From Eledone cirrhosa (taxonomy: Eukaryota), in NCBI GenBank assembly GCA_964016885.1, contig OZ024747.1, forward strand, positions 35,836,001 through 35,900,000: a DNA stretch of 64,000 bases, read 5' to 3'. The position numbers and the translations under genes were made by a program. Under the pieces are notes generated by a model. That model saw nothing but the letters and a program-made list of their open reading frames with translations. It was not told the origin of the DNA and did no database searches. Within the stretch, counting starts at the first letter, position 1. Each line of letters opens with the position of its first letter. This document shows, in pieces, positions 12,611-30,318 of the stretch.

Positions 12611-14203
12611 AACTGTTCAGTTGTTTTCGTGCATGTGTGTTTATAAATATATATACACATAGAGAGAGAGAAAGAAAGGGAGATGGAGAATAAGGAAAAG
12701 GGAGACAACTACAATCATCTTAAAGTAATCGCATGAATCCAGTTATATTTACTTTCCCAGGAAATCCGATATGTGTTTGACAAGATCATCACTTAAATTT
12801 TGACATCACGAAATATAATATTTTTCATGGGTCAACTTAAGTACGTAAATGATGTGTCCATATTTCATTTGGCGCAGTTTTAAAACCCTGTATCAGGTCA
12901 CTTGCTAAGTACAACAAATAATAAGGAAAATAAAGGATTCAATACCACAAGGTAAGAAACATTCTTCTAATGATTGCCAATTTTTTAGATATTGTCTCAG
13001 CTTTATTCGTTAATATCATCATATTTTATGCAGGAATACTAAAAATTTCAATTGGTATGTATGTAGTGAGAACGAATAATAGTATTTATCAGTAAATATA
13101 CTGACAACGAGGTACAGTTCCGAATATATATTCGGGTTAAGTATGATATGAGTAAAGTATATATTTCAACAAAGATGCATTAATCCTTATTTACAGAGAC
13201 AATTATACGCCTGTTCGCATGGTATCTAAATACATTTTGATTATGAATACCACCCAACTATTATCACCGTGACAAAATAGCCTTTAATTTAGCGTTAACT
13301 TATTTAGTATGAGTAGCATAATAAACGCTACATAGAAAAAAATATTCCAAACATTAAACCAAACAGTCAATGAGAAATGAATGGATTAAAGGATGGATGA
13401 ACAAAACTGTCACCGTATTTTAATTCGTAAAAGTATATTACAATTAATATTTCTTGAAATTTTTGCTTTGCATTTCTTATATGGAAAATCCTCTGACACT
13501 AAAGTTGAAAATATTTGTGACCTTTTTAAATAGAGTAACAATTTAAATGTTAATAAATCAAAGGAAATGGGTAAATTTATTATTTCATATATTTAATTTT
13601 GAAAGAAATTAAAGTCAATTTTTGTAATTATAACATCGTTTTCTTTTTGTTACTACAGCTATTTTATGAAAGACAGTTGTTTACAGCACATAAAAAATTG
13701 CGTCATTTAATAAAATGATGTTGCATCTTTTAATATGACATCCCTAATAAACGACGGAAAATAAAATTAAATGTAATTAAATTAAGTGGTAAGAATTCTC
13801 ATAAATTTACAGCGAAATGCGCGTTAATTATTTTTCATTTATTAATTTAAAGAGTAGTTTGGTTTGTTAGCTCTTTATGTCGAGGGCAATCGAGTCTGAG
13901 AATGTATGTTACGATCGATTCCATTGCTGTTAAAGCATCGTATGTACTAAGAAGATCAATGGATGCACTTAATAACATTCTCTTTAATTCTCATAATTGA
14001 TCTTCACATCTCTGTAGTTATCCGAACGAAGTAGTCATTTTTGCCTCCTTGAAGCTATTGGTTATGAATAAAGAGGTTAAATGGTTCATAAAGATGCCGC
14101 CAAATTTCACATCAGATATAGACTGTTCTGATCTATCTCTTGCATCCACAACCTTCACAAAGATCCATTCGCCAACAAATATTCATACACACACACTCAC
14201 ACA

Positions 14204-14282
<79 letters not shown>

Positions 14283-14369
14283 ACACACACACACATACAT
14301 ACACACACACATACACACACCCACACAGACACCCACACACCCACACAGACACACACACACAGACAGACA

Positions 14370-14458
<89 letters not shown>

Positions 14459-14459
<1 letters not shown>

Positions 14460-14640
14460 ATTGGTGTTGGATGCTTAAAGCGTCCGTATGCGGTAAGCCG
14501 TATGAGCACTCGATGCCCTCGTAGAGCTGAGTATGATATCACAGAAAAAAGAGAATCAGTGTTGCGAAGAAAGGAATTTATTGGACATATTACGATTGTT
14601 TCTCGGGTAACCAGTATATATATACATGTTAGTTATTTTC
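14459..14640 (-). mobile_element. Family F pLTR 3' end
   Basis: Reverse complement resembles 15850-15958 and 36810-36920. HHR 3' half GAAAC-aatc-GTA-atatg. Confidence 0.7.
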
Positions 14641-14669
14641 ATAGAGAGAACAAGTAAAGCGCTACACTA

Positions 14670-15080
14670 GCTTTCAAGGTCCAGTTATGACCACATCCTT
14701 CTCAAACTGTGCGCAGTTGGTCATCTTCGCGGAAGACCCATTGAATATTTTACCTGTGTTGTCATGGAAATGTTTATCAATTAGAGCTAATAAATTATTA
14801 CTATTAGTTACGCTTCTCTTTACTGTTATATTACTTTTCTTATTATGGTTGCGTTTGGGTTGAATGGTGATGTACCTGAAACAACTATCTAAAAGAGCAT
14901 GGCGCAAACTTATTCTGCTTAGAGGCTGTGTGGTATGAGGTTCTACGATTTATCTTAGATACTAGGTTTCTAAAACGTTTGTGGGGAGGGTAGTACCCTC
15001 TGCTAATATATTTCCATTTATCAATGGCTTTATAGTATGGATTACAAGTCCCCACACCTGAATACAAATGGTCATACCCG
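14670..15080 (-). pseudogene. Degraded Naiad-type PLE ORF fragment (thumb/linker)
   Basis: GTCNPYYK...YI...PP..FRNLVSKINRRTS and LLALIDKHF...KIFN align with the ORF at 2184-3686. Confidence 0.72.
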
Positions 15081-15737
15081 TTTCAATTATGTTTTCTTCA
15101 TGAGGTACTTACCCTTGCAAATAGTGACGTAAATACTTGACAGAAATTCATATACATTATTATGGTAATTTAAACTTCACACTTCCGCCTTGTGACAGAG
15201 GTGACTGTTCCATTCGCTTCTCAACGCATTACCAGACACTTATATCTGGGCCATGAAACTTACGACAGGATATGTCTTCATTTGTGTATGTAACACGGTT
15301 GTATTTGAACTCAGATGGTAACTTTGCTTTATATCCTTCCTATATTCGATAAAATAGAAGAGCATTCGAGTAGAGTTAATAAATCCTTCCTGAAAAATGA
15401 TAGCCTTTTGACTAAATTAGAACTCTTTCTGTTTACACACATACGTGGTTGAACTGGAACTATAGAAATGCATTCTATGTTTGTAATGTGATGTTTAATC
15501 TTTCAATACAACGGTAGCCGTAGCCAGCGGTGATATGGCGTAATGCTTTAACAGAGTCATCCTTTACTGGACGTCATCAAGTTAATTTTGACGTGCAGTT
15601 CTGTTCTTTTCCCCTTCTTCTCCAAGATTACTTTAGTCTAACTATTCGACTATAATTGATGAGGGATCATTTTCAGTTTGAAGATGGTTCTAAAAGTCAA
15701 AGCAACTGTTCAAGTTCATTCAATGCTTTGTAAACAA

Positions 15738-15799
<62 letters not shown>

Positions 15800-15805
<6 letters not shown>

Positions 15806-15958
15806 TGAAAACAAAGAATCGGTGATGCGTCGGAACTCAATTTAGTTCCGATGCATCACTGATTCTTCGTTTTCCATTTCATCATACTCTGCTCCATAGG
15901 AGCAAAGAGTGCTCAACCGGCATACCGCCTATGGACGCATCTTAGCTACCATAAGACG
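15800..15958 (+). mobile_element. Family F pLTR 3' end with ~35-bp 5' hairpin
   Basis: aagaatcggtgatgcgtcggaact / agttccgatgcatcactgattctt, between TA tracts. Confidence 0.75.
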
Positions 15959-15984
15959 TATATATATATATATATATATAGTAT

Positions 15985-16222
15985 AAGAATAAAGGAACAA
16001 GGAGTCAGTGTTGCATTATAACATATTTAATAGCATGTTACATATGTTTTACTGTCGATCAGCATGAGGAACGATCGATTGTTGATCGAACCTAACTCTG
16101 TAATCAAATGATCGTCAGATATGTGTTTATTAAGCCCTGATGATTCCTACCCAACGGTATGGATGAAGCATTGTAAGCAAATAAAAACTCTTTGGGTATG
16201 TAAGTGTTCTTTGGTTTCTTTT

Positions 16223-16225
<3 letters not shown>
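15985..16225. mobile_element. Two back-to-back degenerate HHR-bearing pLTR fragments
   Basis: Minus 16035-16123: catat-CTGACGA...taAAAC-atat-GTA-acatg. Plus 16134-16178: gcc-CTGATGA-ttcctacccaacggtatggat-GAAGC-att-GTA-agc. Confidence 0.6.
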
Positions 16226-16303
<78 letters not shown>

Positions 16304-16594
16304 AAGATTTACATATATATAAAGTCACAGATATATATGTGGCAACAGTTCACGATGTGACTCAATGAAGAATTAATAAATTAAATAATCAGACCAAAAT
16401 ATTATAAATAATGTCCTTGGGTTGAGATGCAATTTGGGCGATATTGGGCTGCACTTTCTAGCAACCAGCCAACTCGCCGTAAGCAACTAATCACATTCTT
16501 TCTAACTTGACCATTGCCACGTCACGATTCTTAGCCAGTTTTTGAATCTATTTCTGGCGGGATCGCTTTGGAAAATTAACTGTCCTATTGAGTT

Positions 16595-16673
16595 TGTCTC
16601 CTGATGAGTTCGATACTCGAGATTTATCCTTAATAGGATATCTCAAAATACGAACGAAACCATGGTAGGGATA
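16595..16673 (+). ncRNA. Type I hammerhead ribozyme with intact core and extended stem II (in a pLTR fragment ~16340-16965)
   Basis: tgtctc-CTGATGA-gttcg...tatcct-taat-aggata...cgaac-GAAAC-catg-GTA-gggata. Confidence 0.9.
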
Positions 16674-16963
16674 TAATTACGGTATGTACGCATGTCTTCT
16701 AATTTTAATTTTATACGTAATTGTGTATGGTTGACGGTATATTTGGTCAGTTTCTACATGCTGTTGAAATGTTGGGTAAATATTCTATTGTGGTTAACCG
16801 CAAAGAGACTGCTTTCGGTTATTTATCAAATATTTTTTCATAGGAGCCTTTATTCTTCTAGCCTGGTCTAATTGAATTTTTATATGGTTAATTATGCTAA
16901 TTGGGATAGGAAATAGTATATATTTTATCTAATAATTCTAAGGACATGATTTATGATATGTAT

Positions 16964-17038
<75 letters not shown>

Positions 17039-17042
<4 letters not shown>

Positions 17043-17490
17043 GAGGAGGTTATAGTTCACTTGAAGCATTGTGTAATGAGGTATAAACGTTTGTATATGT
17101 ATAATAAAGCCAAAACAATGCAGGCATGAACATAGAATAAAGAATGGAAATGCAAACGATATTGTTGACAATTAGACTTTTACCTTAGATTTATTTAAAT
17201 GTCCTTAATTTTCGAGATAATATGTCTTCTTCGGAGGGAAGTAAAGCGGTTAAACCAGTGTTCTAAATAGCTTACCAAGTCATGCTGACAGGAAATGATA
17301 AGCTATTTAGAACACTGGTTTAACCGCTTTACTTCCCTGCGAAGAAGACATATCTCGAAAATTAAGGACATTTAAATAAATCTAAGGTAAAAGACTAATC
17401 GTCAACAATATCTTTTTCATTTGCATTCTTTATTCTATGTCCATGCCTGCATTGTTTTGGCTTTATTATACATATACAAACGTTTATATA
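17039..17490 (-). mobile_element. Family D fold-back pLTR element
   Basis: Arms ~17082-17274 / 17299-17489. Homologous to 51325-51830. HHR-like CCGAAGA...GAAAATTA. Confidence 0.85.
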
Positions 17491-17497
17491 TATATAT

Positions 17498-18373
<876 letters not shown>

Positions 18374-20834
18374 TATATATATATATGTATATGTATATAT
18401 ATTTATATATAATATTTATATATAGATATTTTTAATTTGTAAATAGGTATAAAGTACGATACTACACATTAATTCAGCACAATGAATTCATTCGGAAATA
18501 GTATTTTGTCTCGTCAATAGAAACATAAACATTTTAACAGGCATGTGTAAAAAACCGTCTAAGATGAAGTTTTTTTGAATTCCAATTCCCATATTAATAT
18601 AATTTATACTTTACATATATATTGTTCTTTTTTTTCTTAACATGAGTTATAAGATAAGGTAACTTGACAGATTTCATCAGTCGGGCTGCGTTCAAAATCC
18701 TGATACCAATGATTCTGGTTACATTTCTTTCAATTTCAATTACATAGACAGCAAAGCAAGCGTTCTTACTTTAGCAGACGTTCCCCAATGTAAAAAAGCG
18801 TTGAATGTAAACAGTTAGTAAACAACTTTTCAATAAATATCTGGAGGCATATCAAATTTATCAACCAGAATGAATAATTCAATTTGAATATACTATTGTC
18901 TATATTTGAGTGATGTATTCATTTTACTAACAACTTTAGAGTTTTTATATTAAATTGCAGAAAGGAGAATTAATAAAATATGCAGAATCTACAGTAAACG
19001 CCGCAGTATAAGATGTGAAGAAATGTGATGATTTACAATATTGAGAGTAAATCTTAAAGGTATCATTAGTGGAGTGCCTTGCTTGCCTAGATTTTCCCGC
19101 TGGCTTTGCCGAAAATAAAAACAAAAAAAGTTTCTTCTCTCTCTCTCACATACCTGGATACATAAATGTATTTGTGAGTTTTATTTCGTCTGGTATGCAA
19201 ATGAAGCTAATCAGCCGATGTATAGTTTAGAACATTTTATATTTTCAAGAGTTCAAGTGAATGGCAGAAGGAGATACACCATCTTGGCAAATGGCAATAA
19301 CCATGAACAATGTTGATTGTTTCTTCATGTCACTGATAGAACAAAAGTGTTACAGTGGTCATCTAAAAACAAAGCGTATGAAGTTGGTTGCTTGCAAACG
19401 AATCGAATATTACTATTATTATTCGATATAAAGTCGAAAATGTAAATATTTTACTGAAATGTATATGATTATCGCTAAATTCTGTGTCATCTGAAGTAAT
19501 GGCATGTACATTTCACATACAAAATATAAGGAGAACAATGCAATCGATCTGAACTCACGATTCCTAATTACATAAACATTATATTACTTATTATATTTGC
19601 GAAAAATATCAATATAGATTAAATCATGACCCGAAAAAATGACATTACACTACGAATATCTAGGAGGTTATGAATATCTTCATATCTCATTCAGACAAAC
19701 CTTATCACTATAGTTTTTTCAGAATGTCTAGGAAATCTCATTAATCAATTGCAATAAAAACGGTAGCTACGTGTCTATGAAAACAAACTTTATACATGTC
19801 AGAACAAGCACTGACAAATAACTTAAATATATAATTCGTTTGAGCTGACTCCAGTAATCTGTGTGAAATTTAGTTTGCGCAAAATGCAATTCAGTATTCT
19901 GGAGATTTTTCCCAGAGCTTAAACCTCACATGTATTTATTTCACAACTAATTTAAATCTGAGATGTCATCGATTTTCAAAATATAATGATAAAATGTCTT
20001 AACCTTGGGCAGACACCTTATTGGTGAAAGGAAGTTACGTTTTAAAGAATATATATATACATCGATCCGTATAACCAATAACTGAACACTCAGTATTTAA
20101 TGGACTGTGTCCACCACGTAATGCATTGTACAGAGAATCAACTGCAAACTTGTAATCACGTTGAGCTTCTGAACTATGTTCGGGTGTCAGGAAAAATTGA
20201 TTCGGTGACTTTCGTAATCTCACCCCCCCCCCTCTCTCTCTCTCTCTCTACTTGTGTGTGTGGCTGGATGTGTGCGTGGGTGTGTGCTCACTGTATTAAC
20301 AAGGACTAGGTGCATGTCACAGTATTCAGACTTCCAGAGCAGATTCCAACACCATGAAAAAATGAAATAATCACATGTAAAATAATACGTTTATATATTT
20401 ATAACATGTATGTCAATCTGATATAGAATAATGGGAAGTGATGATCACACAGCATGCCCAACAGCCTTTTTAATTACATAATGTTGTTGTGTGTGTCTAG
20501 ACATTCAGTAAACCAATATAAACACATTTATAGTACGAATATATAATCATTTATGCTGGGCAACGAATGCTTCAGTGCTACAATGCAATATGTATTTCTG
20601 TAAATAGATGCATCTTGGCCAACTTCTAGCTGAAAACAAGGATATATTTACACAACAATATCTCTTGAATGGCATTTTACTTCATATGAGTTGCCTTTCG
20701 AGGCACTACTGAACAGAGATTATAACCTGTTAAAATGAAGCTAATAAATCATTATTTTAGAACGTCGTTGACTTTAATAAATGTCCCGTTTCCTTTTCTC
20801 ACCCTATTCTCTTTTAACATACATTATGTAATTA

Positions 20835-20883
<49 letters not shown>

Positions 20884-20884
20884 G

Positions 20885-21243
20885 TATGTATACGTACATA
20901 CATATATGTATACAGACGTACAGTAGTATGTATATATATACATACATGCAGACATATATATATATGCACGTATCGGTTTACCGGACATTTATTATAATGC
21001 TCGGTTTGTTTGTTTGTAAACAAACAAACAGCCCGAATTACGCCGTACAGTGTTTAGGCAACCACGTCACCTTTTTTTTCAACACTGACACACGAACGAT
21101 GTACTAGTTTCAAGCTTAATAGCTATCGTCAGCATCGTATACCTTCCTGCCAGATGGTTGAACGTCTGAATGTATATACTTTCATTTAAGTAAGTGCCGT
21201 ACTAAGAGTGAGAAATGAAATTTCGTTTTATTCTATTCCATTT
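20885..21243 (-). mobile_element. Family C pLTR element with inverted terminal piece (21183-21243)
   Basis: Colinear with 55115-55452. 21183-21243 is the reverse complement of 55529-55590. Confidence 0.82.
21096..21138 (-). ncRNA. Minimal type I hammerhead ribozyme (family C)
   Basis: acgatg-CTGACGA-tagctattaagctt-GAAAC-ta-GTA-catcgt. Second copy at 55366-55408. Confidence 0.9.
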
Positions 21244-21263
21244 ATATATTTACATACACACAT

Positions 21264-21354
<91 letters not shown>

Positions 21355-21413
21355 CCATTTATATCATTTACACACACACAATTATATATATATATATTCC
21401 ATTTATATTATTT

Positions 21414-21464
<51 letters not shown>

Positions 21465-21744
21465 AAGGAGTTGCTTTTGCTTATGAATGTGCTTGTAATT
21501 TGCAATGTATTTGGTATGAACCTCATCTACGATATGTAGCTAGCGTAGCAAATATATAAATCACAATAGAAGACTCTCTATCTAGTATTTATTAAGGTGT
21601 GTTAACTTCAACCATTATTGGAATGTAGTACACTACGTTGAGTACTAATATATGCATACACAGGTGTTAATTGATCAACATGTACACTTAGGAAACAATT
21701 ACCGGTTTACGAACACCAACTAAATATATACAGTATATATATCA

Positions 21745-21868
21745 GATAGGGTGTGGTTAAAAGCAGCTAGACCATGACCCACTAGAGTACTCGATGCTTG
21801 AGTAATATGAAAAGATTCAGGAGCCCGACAGCTGATTTCAGGCCGCTTCGACTACTAGATCCGAACTG
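21745..21868 (-). mobile_element. Degraded family G fragment
   Basis: Resembles 39200-39310 (gtggt..aa..ag..gaccat...agagtactc...cccgac.gc...gccg.ttcgac). Confidence 0.55.
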
Positions 21869-22096
21869 TATATATATAATGAAGTACAAGTCAACAGGTC
21901 AGAATTAACTTAATTTACACATAATCATAGTTATATATATTTCGATAATTATAGTTATGAAACAGTTATGATCTCATCAGACAGCAATAAGTTGCACAGA
22001 AAAAAAGAAATGACATGAAGAAGAAATATATATATATATATGTCTTTTCTGTCTACCTGTTGAATTGTACTTCATTATATATGTATATTATATATG

Positions 22097-23617
<1,521 letters not shown>

Positions 23618-25097
23618 GTGTGTGTGTGTACACATATTTCTACGTAATTGAAGTAAGTATGTAAAAGGTTATTTAAGTTATAGACCAAAGAAAATTTCCA
23701 GACTAGTAAACTGTTTTGTTTGAAGAATAATTAAACCACAGACCTTTCTTCTTGATTAAAAATGACACACTAGAAATAAATAAAGTACCTTAAACTACAG
23801 ACGAATCTAATTACTTCATTAATTTATTAAAGTTTGGGCAAAACAATTAGATAAACAACATATGCAGAAATAATTTCATAAACATTACATTGACATTAGG
23901 CATAGAAATGGAGGATCTAATTGATATGTTTATGTAGATGTAAAACTGAATCATACGTTTACATCCTTATATTTCCACTGTTGTTTTGACATATATTGAA
24001 TGAATGTGTTGTCTCTTTGTTACTTACCTTGTCGTTTGGCTTGCTTTGTACGAGACAACTGCTTTTTTATTGCCGACTCTGATATGACTTTGCCGTTTGA
24101 TGTTGGCTCTAATTAGTATTTAATCTGGAAAATTACGCATATATCCAAGTATTCACTTACAGACATATATAAACAATGGAATACACTGAATTCAAAAACA
24201 CAGTCAATATATATATATATGTGTGTGTTTGTGTGTGTGTGTGTGTGCTTATTTATATTATATGCATGTATGTGTGTGTGGGTTGTTTGTTCTCGTATTC
24301 TATATATGTTATTGAAACAACAGGTAGTAACAGTCACTGAAAGCTATCTCAATATGAATATATATACTCCATACGTGAATGCTACCTTGGAAATGCAGAG
24401 AAATTGTATTAGCGAAGTTATTCAAATGCAGCTACTCATCAGACATTTTCAGTAAGACACATCTGATTTTGACAGGAAGCTACTTAACATAAACTGCAAA
24501 CAAGTTTACATAAATTCTTTGAATCCTTCCCTTCACAAACATTGCTGTTGTTCTCAGCATCTATTTTCGTCATGTTTTTTTTACTATGTATGGGGAGTGT
24601 AGTGATCTGTATAATGGTTAATCATGACATTCAATTTGTGTTATTTAGCTTTATACAAAGCTGTTTCATTATTGGTATTACTTTCAGTTTCACCTTTGTA
24701 ATGTATGTTGTTTCAGGATATTTTGTTCTCTGACTTTCAGGACGAAGAATGTCAAAAGTTTATGTTCTTGATTTATGATATATATGAATCATGTTTTTCT
24801 ATTAGATACACATTGTGTATAATTTATTTCATTTATTTTGATATAAAACAATCGATATAAAACAATCTCGAAGTCAGATAGTATGCGATGTGTCTTACCT
24901 CATACATATTTCTATAATTTTGTGTTTAATATTTCTAGTTAAATTATCATCTATATAAAATCAACACAACAACACTTCCTCGCCGAAAGACAGAATATGC
25001 ATGGATATGAGCTATGCAATTTGCTATTTTATTGAACTCTGATTTTGTTTGTTACCATTCGTAAGGCTTTTCCTTTTTCATTATTTATATATTTTAT

Positions 25098-25278
25098 TGG
25101 GCGGTTTATATATTTCAAGGGCGGACATGTTTTCTAGCATAGTTACGTCCCTTTACGATCTGATTTCAAATCCCGCCGAGGTTAATTTTGCCTTTCATCC
25201 TTACGAGGTCGATAAAATAAAGTACAAGTAATATACTGGGTAAATGCTGGCCTTGTGCCAAAAGGTAGAAACAATTAT
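25098..25278 (+). mobile_element. tRNA-derived SINE
   Basis: Same body as 10211-10395. Confidence 0.88.
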
Positions 25279-27629
25279 TTATATATTTTATAAATTAACT
25301 TATTCATTAACAGTTATGTATGTTCAAAGTCTAATTTTTTAATCTTTATTCGTTATCGTGTATGCAGCTAAACATAAAATTAATATCACTGTCTTCAAAA
25401 TTACATTGGTATACTATTTTCTAAGCCAAATCTCAGACGCGTTCCCCTCATGAAATCACAACAATTTCTGCAGCTTTGTTTATAATTGTTTATCTAGAGG
25501 TAATAATTTGTGGTTGCTTGTATAAGAAAAGTGGGTAATTGACAATATAGTATGTATACCCGAATTCTGTTTGACCTAAAACAATAGTAATATATTTGTT
25601 TAACCGTCACATCTGTACATTACGTTTTGAATGTATAGAATTATCATAGACGTTGCTTCACACAATGCTAAGCTTCCCTCTAGCCAATTCTTCAAATCAC
25701 CGTGACAAAGAATATGAGTCAACTTATGCGTTGCTCAATTCCTTCTTTCAACACCGCCACTGACAACACCACCACCACAACCACTACAACAACAAATATA
25801 ATAGAAGCAACACGCAGGAAATCTGCCAGAGAAATTATCACTCACTCACCTTCTATCTCACTCTCTCTTTCTCTCTTCCCCTCTCTCTCGGTTTTCTTAA
25901 AATACAAACAGACACAATATCACTCAAACAGACAGAATAACACTTTCATCCATTTCAGAGATACAGTCTGCAGACTCTGGAACCGCCTCCACTGTACGGG
26001 GAGATGAGGGGGGATCTCCCGAAACCCCCTTAAATTATTCCTTATACCACATAACAACACACACTAGAACATATGCAGAAAAAACATTCACAACAAAACA
26101 TGCATAACTACATCAACACCAAACTCATCAACGCCACAATTTTCTTCGCAACCACCAACGCCACTAATACTACCACAACTACAATTACCCATGAAAAGAA
26201 AACACGTAACAGAAACAAGCAGCAACGCAGACGACAAACTTCGTGCTAGTGATGGGCGTCAAAGCATTGAGAGGGATGAGGATATTTTCAGCACTGGTAC
26301 TTAAACTGCCAGTGAATCTAAAGATATTGAGCATTTCCCTTTAAAATTATTATGATTATAGGAGCGTATCCACCACAACATGGGAACTATTTATTGATAC
26401 GCCGTGACACGACGATCATTTATTTATACGCAGAGGATTGTGTGTGCCGTGTGTGATGATGCACCAATATACGCTGAGGTTTCAGCAACTTCAGATATTC
26501 ATAAACGGTGCTGGGGGGGGGGGGGGTTATATAACTACTGAAGTATTACTTATGTTCCCGGGCGTGGGATGATAAGTAAATAAGCGTCTGCTTTCAGGCA
26601 TTTGTGCAGGGCGTGCCATAAAAACAGCGCATTTCCAGAAAACATATATGATGTTTATAAGAATGCATATCATTTGTTGTTGGCTATATATATGTTATAG
26701 TGGTAGGAATTGCACGATATTATAGTTCAATTGGAATCTTCCTAAAATGTTTCACACATAATTTCTTTATCATGCCTAAGCTCCCTATAATAACTGGGAC
26801 AGATTCCCTCCCGGGGCCAAATCAGTATCACATAGTCTTTGTATATGCCTAGCTTTCAAGAATTGTCTTCTTCCATGTGTATATATCTCACAGAAGGCTC
26901 ATTTCAATTTATCTTTTTTTTGTAATATGTATTTTCTGTCTTTAATAATAATATTTGTAATGATGATAGAGATCACAATCTAAATTACTAGATTGATAAT
27001 ATGAATCAATTTATGTTCACACTTCACGGCATATCTTGATAGTTATTTAATTGAGTCTGGGCAGCTACTGTTACAATGTTACAAAATATTTCGAATATCA
27101 TTTGAAGAAGAACATTTACACAATCATAGATTTAACTGGATATAAGAGCAGAATAATTAAAATGTTCATTTGTATTGAACATTCTTAATAATTTACGGAA
27201 CATGTGATAACAGGAAATATGTTATTAAATATTGAAGCTAATACTATCATTAAATTACCGCAGATTTGTTTGTTAAACATGAGTTGTCTTTAATCAAATG
27301 AATCTGTTTATTTTTCTTTAATTCCTAATAATGTCATAATTACAATTTTCGTACACACATTGTCTGCCTTCCCATGTTTCTTTGCGCCTAAACCTAATTA
27401 GTAATTTAATCTCGATTCATATTAAATGTTACGTAAACAACATATGGATAGAACACACTATCATCAAAAAATTCAGTAGAGAATATATAAAATGTGTTCA
27501 ACTTGATTGAGTGTAATTAATGCTTAATTACAGGCCGTGTATTAACATAAAGTTTGTCGACACGAAACACCCACCTGCATTATCAAATGTTTGTTGAGTT
27601 GTCATTATCCTTTTTGGCATAATCGTTTG

Positions 27630-27790
27630 AGCGCCGCACGACTTGCCTTCTAGCTTAGAGTTAAGTCCCTCTATATTCTAAGTTCAAATCCCGGTGAGAT
27701 TAGATTTGATTTTCAACCTACATGTTCGATTTAAACGACTTTTCCCTGTCCCAACATTATGGGTCTTGTGTCTAAATGCGAAACTTATAT
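27630..27790 (+). mobile_element. Degraded SINE
   Basis: gttcaaatcccggtgag...gggtcttgtgtctaaatgcgaaac. Confidence 0.6.
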
Positions 27791-29013
27791 TTATTTGTCA
27801 TGGTATAATATTGGATAAATTGTCGGTGAGACCAAATACTGCTATCTAACTGTTTAGTTGTAGTATGTTCTAAGATTTACACACACTTCTCATTTATTCC
27901 CGAGCAACGGAAACGCCCAAAGAACGATGTCAGCAACATACCCTAGATATTCCAATTGTAAAAGTGGCATACATTATCTAAGAATTGTTTGTTGTATTCA
28001 TCTAGGCAATTATAAAAACAGATACATATCAAGTATTGTATGATTTCTACGTTACATATGAAGGTTTTAAGTTTTCGATAAATATGCGAGATTATACTAC
28101 GTCTGTTATTCGGTTCTATTCCACATTATTCGCCAATTAATTAACACGTCTAAGACCCTATTTTATTTTGCGTGTATAGCCAAGGCATCACTTCTACTAA
28201 CCGTCTTTTTTAACGTTTAAAACTATTCTACGGGAGTAAATTATTCCTTGAGAGAGACAGGATCGTTGTCGCTCCAGTAGCCATAAACCGCAAACATATT
28301 CAGCAATGTGACGTCTGTTGAAGTTGCAAAACATTTATTGACACAGTTAATGGTTTTGTATTTGAATACAAATAAAGAAACCAAACACAAATGAAAAATT
28401 GTTCAGATTCGATATCCACGAGAATAAGAGAACATCACACTGACCAATATTTAAAAAGTGTCTCTAAAAATCAATTCCCGTCAGTATTTTACAGTATAAT
28501 TTGGAAAGCGGCAACGGAAATATGCATTGGGAACACTGACACACAGAATATAATTTAATTTCCGTTTTAAAAATAGAGTATCTTAAGTAATACATGTGAA
28601 TACGAAATACTATACGAAACATTTGCCTAAAGAAAAACAGCTTTTTCAACCAACTACCAGTATCTCAAATTTATTCCGTATTGTACATTTACCGGTAGTT
28701 ATTGCCGACTTATATACAGAAGAGCTCTGTCTATAGTGTTATAATTTCATGCATATTGAATTAGGAAATGGCATTATATTATACACAGCAGTGATAAGAA
28801 TTGTTGAATGGCACTAACGTTCGAAATTAAAAGAGAGTGATCAACTATCGATGATAGAAACCTTCGTAATCTTTAAAATATTGATATAATTATTCGTGCA
28901 TCTATACAACGAAATGCCATAATCTAAAATACAATAAAAGGAAGAGTGTGGGACAGTGTCCTTTTTATGTTTGTTTTAATCCAGTTAGTAAAGTGTGTTG
29001 GATTACTTGGAAT

Positions 29014-29133
29014 AAATAATTGTTTCTACTTTTGACACAAGGCCACCAATTATCCCAGTGCATTACTGGTACTTTATTTTATCGACCCCGTAAGGATGAA
29101 AGGCAAAGTTAATCTCGGCGGGATTTGAACTCA
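29014..29133 (-). mobile_element. 5'-truncated SINE
   Basis: Reverse complement of the SINE body up to the B box (ggatttgaactc). Confidence 0.88.
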
Positions 29134-29394
29134 TGAATGAATATTAAATAATTTATCTACTAAATGTTTTAACACATGATTAAACATAAATAACAATGTA
29201 TTGGTTATTTCAAGATTCACTTCTTATAAAGTTTCAAATTTCAACTTCCCGTATATCGCCCCCCCCCCCCCCCCCCCCTCCCCACCCCCACCCCCACCCC
29301 ACCATCACTTCATTCACATATACTTAGAGAGAGAATGAGAGCGAGAGTGTGTTTGTGAAGAAAGATATACAGACAGATAGCGGGACTATGAGAG

Positions 29395-30180
<786 letters not shown>

Positions 30181-30241
30181 TATATATATATATATTTATT
30201 AAAATAACAGATTAAAGTTTAAGCAAAGAATCGCTGCTTAA

Positions 30242-30318
<77 letters not shown>

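Noticed and set aside
24028-24950. Possible minus-strand host exons (good GTAAG donors at ~24027 and ~24898)
   Set aside because: I could not build a consistent open frame or recognisable protein. RNA-seq would be needed.
26247-26260. hAT-like terminus TAGTGATGGG
   Set aside because: No partner TIR, 8-bp TSD or transposase trace seen.
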